The notes under the pieces: generated by a model
Told to the model about the DNA's origin: nothing
Databases searched by the model: none
Seen by the model: the letters and a program-made list of their open reading frames with translations, nothing else
Shown here: one piece after another, positions 54,413-64,000 of the stretch
Position numbering within the stretch: the first letter of the stretch is position 1
Layout: each line of letters begins with the position of its first letter
Assembly: GCF_009914755.1 (NCBI RefSeq)
Contig: NC_060944.1
Source: the human T2T-CHM13v2.0 reference genome, Homo sapiens
Direction: 5' to 3' (one strand)
Length of the DNA stretch: 64,000 bases
Translations under genes and position numbers: made by a program

Positions 54413-56220
54413 ATGAAAGTGGTGACATTTCTATAGACCTTCTACCACGAAAAGATCATAAGAGAATATTTGAACTATTGTATGCTAACAAATTACAAAA
54501 CATGGATGAAATTGACAATTCTCTAGAAGCATACAAGGTAGCAAAACTGACTCATGAAGAAACAAAATTTGAACAGATTTATATAACAAGAAATTATATC
54601 AGTAATTAAACACTTCCCAACAAAGAAAAGCCTAAGACCAGATGGTTTTACTGGTGAATCTACTCAACATTTAAGCAATTAACAGCAATCCTTCTCAAAC
54701 TTTTCCAAAAAATGGAAGAGGGAACATGTTCTAACTCATTCTATGTGGCCAGCTTATCCTGATACCAAAGCCAGACAAAGACATCACTAGAAATAAGAAA
54801 ATTATGGACCAAAATCCCTTATGATTATAGATGAAGAAATCCTCAAGAAATACTAGCAAACTCAATTTAATAGCATATTAAAAGGATTATACATTATAAC
54901 TAAATGGGATTTATCACAGAAATGCCAGAGTCATTCAATAAGATAACAGCAATCAATGTAATACACCATATTAATAGAACAAAGGAAAAAATAATTATCT
55001 TAACCAGTGCAGAAAAAGAATTTGACACAATCCAAAACCTTTCATGAGAAAAATACTCAAAAACTAGAAATGGGAGAAACTTTCTCAACATGTTAAAGGA
55101 CATTTATGAAAACCTGATGATTAATACCATGGTCAATGGTGAAAGACTGAAACCTTTCTCTTTAAAATTAAGAACAAGACAAGGATGTTTGCTTTCAATA
55201 TTGCTGTTCAACATTGTACTAAAAGTTCCAGACAGAGGATGTAGGCAAGAAAAAATAAGGAGCATTAAAATTGGAAAGGAAGAAGTAAAACTATTTCTAA
55301 TGGCAGATAACATGATTCTCTATATTAAAAATTCCAAAAATCCACAAAAAGAGAAAACTGCTAGTGTTAGTAAACAAAGTCAGCAAAGTTGCAGGGCACA
55401 ACATCAATACACACAAATCAGTTGCTTCTATATACCAGTAATTAACAAACTGAAAAGAAAATTAAGAATATACTTTTCTTTAGAATAAGAGCAAAGGAAT
55501 AATATATGCAGGAATAAATTTAAATAATAAATGAATTGTACACTTAAAACAATAAAACATTGCTGAAAGTAATTCAAGAAGCTATAAATAAATGGAAGGC
55601 ATCTAATGCTTATGAATTAGAAGACTTAAAATTGTTAAGATGGCAAAAATACCCAATGCTATGTATAGATTCTATGAAATCCCTCTCACAATTCCAATTG
55701 TCCTTTTTTGCAGAAATGAGAAAGTCACCTACTAGAATAGCATTAATCCAAAATCTGAAAATAGCAAGTGTTGGTGAAGATGTGGAGAAACTGGAACCTT
55801 TATGCAATGCTAATGGGAATGTAAAATGGTACAGCCTCCGTAGGAAACAGTTTGGCAGTTCCTTAAAAGGCTAAATATAGAATTACATCATCCCCTAGAA
55901 TTTTCACTTCTAGGTAAATACCCCAAAGAGTGAACAACAGGAACTCAATCAATACATGTGCATTGAAGCACTACGCACAATAGCCAAACTGTGGAAATGC
56001 ATGAATGGAGAAATTAATTGTGGTATACAATGGAATATTTTTTAGCCATAAAAAGGAATGAAATACTGAACATGCTATACTGTGGGTGAACCTCAAAAAA
56101 GTTATGCTAAGTGAATGAAGCCAGACACAATAGGTCCCATATTGTATAATCTCAATTATATGAAATATCTAGAATTGGTAAATCCATAGTTATAGAAATT
56201 AGTTTTTTCATTGCCAGGGG

Positions 56221-56505
<285 letters not shown>

Positions 56506-56939
56506 TCAGGGGTTTAGAGGAGGGGGAAATAGCTAATGAAATTATTACTTATTGAGTAAGGAATTCCCTTTGGGGTGACAAAAATGTTTTGGAACTAGAT
56601 AGATGTTCACATAGTTGCACACATTTTGAGTATACTAAACGCCATTGAATCCTTCACTCAAAATGGTTAATTCATGTTCTTGAATTTATCTGAATTGATA
56701 CAAAAGTAAACACAATACATGTCTTCTTTACTTCAGCTTCTGTTTACCAGACTACTTGGTGAGAGGAAATAGATTCTTAGAGTCTGACAGACCTGGGTTC
56801 AAATTCCTCATTCATTCATTTTATCCATTTGATAAGTTAAGATATAAATATCACCACAACAAATTGTTGTAGGGATTAAATAAGATAAACAGGTGCATTA
56901 ATGAAGGGTAAGTAATACTAGCTTCAATTGCTAGTGTTT

Positions 56940-57240
56940 CTTTCTAATGCAGCAGTCCATTGTGGGTATTCCTGAGTAGGGAAACATTATCTATGGTCAT
57001 CAGGCACTTACTCCTTAGGTCCCTGTAGTATTCTTCTATCAACCAGCAAGCAGAGAAAGACATGGTAGATCTCTTATGGAAAGTTGTTATGAGATGGTAC
57101 TGGATAATGGAATACATCACTTCTTTTCAAACTCCACTGATGGTAACTCAGTGTCATTGCCCTGCCTAGCCACAGCAGAGGCTGAGACATGTAGACTGTG
57201 TTTCAGGAAGAAGAAAAAGATTTGGGTGAGGAAAAAAACA
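56940..57240 (-). mobile_element. Ancient MLT1 LTR fragment
   Basis: 'catcacttc..actcagtgtcattgccc..gaggctgagacatgtag'. Confidence 0.5.
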
Positions 57241-57973
57241 ACTCTTGAGGTATCGTACTTGTATGAAGCTTCTTGTTCAGTTTGTGATAAGCACTTAATA
57301 AATATGAACTCTCTTCTTTGTGGGTAAGTGAGAATCCCTGGCAGCTTCTGCAAAGTTGTTTCAAAATGCATGCCATCCTGATGACAGGCCACTCGTTGTG
57401 GCCTTATGGCAAAGTCAGTTGATAGGGCTGCCAGGCAGACAGTGAGCAGAATTCTTTCTGGACTCTGTTCCTGCTTGTTCTTTTTTTCTTTTGTGTTTTG
57501 GAACTTCCCTTGACTTTGGTCCCATTTAGTTTCCCAATGTCTAACTTGCATTTACCCTTCTTTCACAGCTTGCTCACCTTTAGCTTCTATCTGACTAGGT
57601 CTTTGTGTTTTCATTTTGCCCTCTCAACAAACTATTTCTAGTCCTTAGCTCAGTAGCTTCACTGAGCAGGCCCATAAACTCCCTTTTGCCATTTCCACTT
57701 CCCAGTCATATCTTGAAGACTTCCAACTTAAACACATTAATTTATGCTTGGGATGATTGTTAAAATTTCTCTATTCCTACATCTTGTAATTAGCTTAGCT
57801 GATTTTTAAAACAAATCCTCTAAGAATTATTTTTATGAAGGCCATCTGGTAAAACAAATTAATCTCCAAGGAATGTTAATCAGACTAATTGCTAATTAGG
57901 TGTCCTCCTTGATTCTATTAGTTATAGATTGGAAAGTGTTTGTCATATACATTAATTTTTGCAAAGATAGTGA

Positions 57974-58363
<390 letters not shown>

Positions 58364-59407
58364 ACTACACACAGTCTTTAAACTTAAGGGGTTGAAATTT
58401 ATTCTAATTGTTAGTGTCTCAGCTTCATTATTCCTCAAATGGTTTTGTGGTTCATGGAGCTTCAGAAATATGTTTTTAAACATACAAAAAAAATGCCAGT
58501 GGATTCAACTCAATGAAAGATGGCAAATGAGTTTAATTTTATATACCAATGGTCTGATAGGAATTACCTTGAGTATATTGTAGAGAATGCCTGGGTGGGA
58601 CGGGGATATTTACCATGCACTCACTATGCTCCTCTGTAATGGACTGAGTAGTGATTCACAAAAATGGAGCCACAAATAATAAAAAATCATTTGTGCTGAC
58701 CCTGAAAATGTGAGCCTCAAAATAAGACAAAATTAATCAGAACCAGACAAACTTTAAGGGAAACCCTAGTTCTTTATTGAAATGTCTTTGTGCCAAGGTA
58801 GTTAAGTGAAAGAATGGATGAAAACCAAAATTCGTACTCTCCCCCGCTCAACTATTTAGCCTGAGGTAATTATTCACTTATGGAAAGGAGTGAGTATTTT
58901 TGGTCAAAGTAATTTAGGTTTTATGAATGATTTCTTCCTGTGGTTTTATACATATTTGTAGAGAGTATGAATGACATTCTCCCTGAATTTGTCTTCTATT
59001 TAGTGGTGGATTGGTTTCACAGTTGTATGAGACTTCAGGGATCTTCCTTTTTCCTCTTTTGTTGTGAATTCTCTTTTTATAATAGAAGCATGAAAAAAGT
59101 CTGCCTATTAGAAATGTGACCTTGGAATCCATGAATCCATGAATCCATATTTGGAATCCATATTTATAAGAAATGAAATGTGGTATCAAGGAAGGAATTT
59201 TGTCTGGAAAGTCAGATCTGAATTCTGGTCCTGCCTCTCTGTCAGTGAGCCCTGTGGTTGTGGCTAAGTTGTTCCATGGTCTCTAATGACCTCAACTATG
59301 AAATAAGAGCTTGGGGTTCAGTTTTTAGGTAGAATAATGCTGTATGTTGATGTTGACATTCTGCCATTCTGCAGTGATATATTGCTTAATTTGCCTTTGC
59401 CAGTTAT

Positions 59408-59426
59408 TGAGCACGAGGGGGCAGTA
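59408..59426 (+). promoter_or_regulatory. CTCF-like motif
   Basis: gCACGAGGGGGCAG versus CCASYAGRKGGCRS. Confidence 0.4.
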
Positions 59427-62400
59427 ATTGGCAGATTGCCCCCTTTATTTCTTCTTGACAAACAGCCAAATTTTTTGGCAGCTGGGAATTGTTATTCTTC
59501 ACCATCCTGCCATCACTGACAGATGCATTTGACAGGACCATTGGCTTGCAATGCCATTCCACTCTTACAAGTAAAGTCTATAATGCTTAAAGAAAAATAA
59601 AAACATATGATATTCAACTTTTACAAAAGAGTACATATAATATTCTTTATCTGTCAATGTAAAAATGGTCAGAAACTTTTCAGATATATTTGATTTTCCT
59701 TTCCATGAAGGCTTCATTTTTGTAAGGATTTTTAAAAATTAATAGAGAAAAAAACCCCATAAGGACTCTCAAACCAGTGGTCTAAAATGGAATTAATTTT
59801 GTCCCCATCAATTGCTATTTCTTTGCAAATATTTCTTATCTTGGTGAATGATGAACCATTTAGCCTCTGACCCAAGCCATAAACCTGTTAGTTGTCCCCC
59901 TTAGCTTTTCTTTTCCCACACCCCTCCATCATCTTGCATTCTGTCTAATTGATTCAGTAAATCTGGTTGATTCTACTTCTTGTGTATTTTTATTATTTTT
60001 CCTTTCTTCTCCACTGGAAACTTTTATGACTCTAGTTTATACTCTCATCTAGGTCACTGCCTATGTCCCTAAGTTGTATCCCCAGTGTCTAATGCCATCA
60101 CACTCCCTCCTTTACCCTCACCCCAGGCTACACTTGAACAGGTAGAGCAGGGAATGCCATGTAGACCTCATGTAGCCAAGTTGGAGGCCCTTTCCAGTTC
60201 ATCCCCTTGACTTTATTTTAAATAATACATGAATAGGATTGCAGAACTTTTTTTTTTGTTTTCTGTGATGCTCATGCTTGTGCTTCTTCTGTTCAATGTG
60301 ACAAGGAACAAGATCTCTACAATGAATTGTACCAATGCTCCAGGAAATACTTGCCCCATTTTTTTTTAATTTTAGTTTGGTTTAATTCCTCTAAAGTAAC
60401 ATCAAGCAATGTGCTATAAAACAGAAATATGTCTTGAGAGATAGTTATTCTCTCTTTCTCTCTCTCAATTTAAAAAGGGTTCAATTTTTTACTGCTTCAG
60501 GCAAGTACAATTTTCACATACTCTGACATCTCATGAAACCTATAGCCAAAGATTTAGGTATAACCTGAATTCTTCCCCTTCAGCTCAGTCTTTGATTGTA
60601 TACATGCTCATCCCTATCCTCAAGAAGAAGTTTACATCTTATCTCCTCTCTGAAACCCGTATACAACACCCCAATTCAGTAATTTTGCTGGGGACTCCTA
60701 ATGCTCTTCTTGTTTATATATATCAGCAGCTAACGCCTGTTTTGTATGAGCTTTCTCTATATGTATCATGATTTGCCAAAAACATTGTCAACTCTTTGAT
60801 GGCATAGACCCTGCAATTAAGCCCTCAGATTCCCTTGTTTAACTGATGGCCCAGATAGCAAATGCTTGAAATTGAAGTAACGTTCTCCTTAGCCTCTAAC
60901 CTGTGTCATCACATTAGCTGACCTTAATCAGGGCATTAAAAACACCTAAATAGAGACTGGTGGCCTTCGAAGGAGGTCTTTTTTGTCCTTAGAATTTTTA
61001 AATAAATCCCACTGTCAAAGTCATCAACCACAAGGGAAGTAGAAAAGGTGGTGTTGGTCTTTAGCACAATTAAAGAACCTATTAGCTAAATCCCTGGCAG
61101 GCCAAATATGAAGGCAATATAGGTAAGTCTTATTACACTCTGAAAATCAGGATTAAATATTTACAAGTTTGCATAACTTGACCTTTCTTGCAAAGAGTAT
61201 TAAAACTGTTTTTAAAGAATTCCTTCTGCTCCTATGTAAAAGGGCATTCATAAGGCCTCCTTCCACAGGTGGACAAAGTGTTCATCTTTGGACTTACTGA
61301 TAAAAATTTTGGCTCTTCTGAGGTAGTAGCAGAGACAGGGTAGTCAGGGTAGACAGGGTAGAATGCTAACTGTATCCTCACCACCTGACAATAGAAGTTT
61401 AAAGATGTAAAAGTATGATAACATACAATCTTTCACCCCATTGGTCCTTGTTGTCAATAGCTCTGGATAGCTAGGAATGTATTTACTTCCTTCTTTTGCC
61501 AGGGTTCATTATTTGTACCTTGCAAATCTGAACATTTGGCCAAAGTCTATGACCTTTTGAGGTACAAGGAAATGGATTTTTAGTTAAGAATATTTACAAA
61601 ATTAAAATTACAAAACCTTGTCCCAGCTAAAGCTTGAAACACATCTGTGTTTGTTCACAGCTTGTAACATTTGAGGCTCCCCATCATGTTAAATCCTTCC
61701 TTTTTATTTTAAAGTTTGCCTTCTCATATGCCATTGTTCTCCTTTATATTTGAGATGATGGTCTAGGTTTTCAGACAGCTCTGGGAAGGCAGGTGTTAAA
61801 TTTTAAGCTAGTGCTTGGTAACCTCCATGGTGAAATATGCCACTGTTTAACAGATGACTACTGTGCTGTGGACAGCAGTGCCCCAGGAGAGAGGAGGTGT
61901 TTGTTCCAGAATCTAATCAAGCTATGGCCTGTCTGCATCCTAACTTATGCAGTGTAATCACTTGTATCATTCGTGGCATGTCTTCCATTAATCAGAGCTA
62001 GTGCAGGTACCAAGGGAACAGGGGTTCCATTAGCATGACATATGGTGGCCTTCCCAAAGTTTTGGATGTTTTGGAAGATGGTTGCAGGGTTTGTACCAGT
62101 CATACAAGAGCTGCTTAATGACTTAGATATTAGTAAACTTTTTCCCAGGCATTTAATATCTTCCCCGTTTCCTCTTAGTAATCGTAGTTAGGTTCTTGAT
62201 GTCCCCTGTGACATTTTTATATCCATCACCTTCAGGTCCAAACTGTTTGATTTGCTGCTTCATCTTGGACTCCTCATATGTGCTTCTAGAGAACAAGTAT
62301 ATAAAAAAGAAAGTATGTTTTCTTAATTGCAAAAGTGATGAATGAGGTAGGCAATCAGGACTGTTTTTCATATTTTCAGAGATGCTGAAAATACATTTAG

Positions 62401-63209
62401 ATTTGTTTTCAGAACAAAATGAGAAAATTGTTTTGGAAAAAATGTTATAAGTTTGGTTACTTTGGAAATGTCTTCATAAATACTCATCTTGATAATATAA
62501 TTTATCTTTGCTAGTCTCATATAACAATATTGTTGCCTTTAAAATGGAAATTTGTAAGAAGTTTAAAATTCCAGCTTTACATACAGCCCCCTTTAAACCT
62601 CCCCAGGCATTCATAGATATGTTAAAATATATCTAAAATAATACTAAAGCATTACATTTTTTTACCTTATTGGATAAGCTAATATAAAAGATGTTTTATC
62701 CATTTCACATAATTTTAAATTTTAAAAATATGAAGACCTTATGTTATTTAAAATTTATTAACAATTTATACACTCCCTTCTCCTGACAAGTCCCCATATA
62801 TTCTTAAAGATAAATTCCCTATAACCATTTTTTAAAGTAAATGGTATATGCTTCTATCTGTCTTGGCTATCACGCATCTATCTTGGAAGAAAATTGTTGG
62901 GTTCCAGGACTGAATATTGTACTCACATTTGGATAAGACAAGGATGGGGCTCTAAGAAAAAAAGCAAGAGAGAGTTGTGTGCATCACAAAGATGATGCCT
63001 CTCCCGTGTCCCCATCTCCAAGACCAAGCATATACAGAAATAGCCACAGGTGGCTAGAGAAGGAAGACCAGAAGACATCCAGGAGCATATGGCAAGGCAG
63101 GAACTATTCCACATTGCAGGGTGAGGGAAGAGTTAAACTGGTGGAGAGCAAATCAGAAATGCGGTGAATTCCCAAAATATTGGGACAACAACAACATGAC
63201 TTTGGCTAT

Positions 63210-64000
63210 TGTAGGGGATGAAAATACCTTTTCCACACTCATCTTAGGTTCATGGCTGAAGCCCCTACAACAAAATACAGATTAATAAGAGAAATGTGTA
63301 TGAATTTATTTAATATACATTTTACGTAATACAGAAGCCTTCATAAGGAAATGAAGACCTGAAGAAATCATAAATGTTTGTATTTTTTTGCTAGGTTTGA
63401 CAAAGAGTGGACACTCACGGGCATGTATGATTGGAGGAAAAAATGTTTTAATCTAATAATAACAAACTGGGAGAAACTTAGAAAGGCCTATTTGTTCAGA
63501 TTACTTTCTGTGTCCTTGTGTCTTCTGAGATAAGAATATTCCCTTTTTCTGGGTACAGGGATTGCACCTCTCACATGATGGTCACGTGACTTCACAAAGG
63601 CGAGGAGAAGGTGAGAGTGATCCCCTTATTTGTCCATTCTCATGCTGCTAATAAAGACATATCTGCCACTGGATAATTTCTAAAGGAAAGAGATTTAACT
63701 GATTTACAGTTTGGCATGACTGGAATCCTCAGGAAACTTAAAATCATGGCAGAAGGGGAAGCAAACACGTCCTTCTTCATATGGTGGCAGCAAGGAGAAG
63801 TGCCAAGCAAAAGGGGGAAAAGCCCCTTATAAAACCCTCAGATCTCACGAGAACTCACTCACTATCATGAGAACAGCATGGGGGTAACTGCCCCCATGAT
63901 TAAATTACCTCCCACAACACATGGGGGTTATGGGAACTACAATTCAAGATGAAATTTGGGTGGGGACATAGCCAAACTATATCACTGCCCCCTACTTCTG
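63210..64000 (-). mobile_element. MER4-group ERV1 LTR (MER31-like) interrupted by THE1 LTR, runs off window
   Basis: 'cagattaataagagaaa..aatttatttaat..gaagacc', similar to the LTR at 601-1245. Confidence 0.6.
63625..63984 (-). mobile_element. THE1C/D solo LTR
   Basis: 'tctcatgctgctaataaagacata', 'gaagcaaacacgtccttcttca', ends 'gccaaactatatca'. Confidence 0.9.

Noticed and set aside
55090-55488. 132-aa ORF with reverse transcriptase motifs
   Set aside because: Dead L1 ORF2 fragment: catalytic FADD reads MADN, and flanks carry stops and frameshifts. Not a novel RT system.
57117-57551. 144-aa minus-strand ORF
   Set aside because: Partly in an MLT1 remnant, low complexity, no recognisable homology or splice support.

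Overview
Primate (almost certainly human or great ape) AT-rich, CpG-poor intergenic or deep-intronic DNA. I found no protein-coding gene, CpG island or prokaryotic feature. A large fraction of the window is transposable-element debris: Alu/FLAM, old L1, L2, MIR, CR1-like, hAT MER5/MER102, and many LTRs (MER31-like, MER61, MLT2A1, MLT2B, MER83-like, LTR10, MSTB, THE1), including a complete THE1D MaLR provirus inserted into a 5S rRNA pseudogene. Listed ORFs are repeat-derived or chance. The most interesting structure is a diverged (~75% by eye) duplicate of a ~300-bp unique, exon-like unit at 12.1-17.0 kb. One copy is intact. The other is split into two oppositely oriented halves that rejoin exactly if ~12265-17029 is inverted, implying a fossil tandem duplication plus a ~4.8-kb inversion, with the 5S retrocopy at one breakpoint. 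Other candidates: an inverted templated copy of a THE1 LTR junction, a p53 site in LTR10, DUX4-type motifs in MLT2A1, CTCF-like motifs, and palindrome-rich enhancer-like unique blocks. I cannot support a new biological system from sequence alone. Repeat subfamily names come from recalled consensus sequences, and boundaries of old repeats are approximate.
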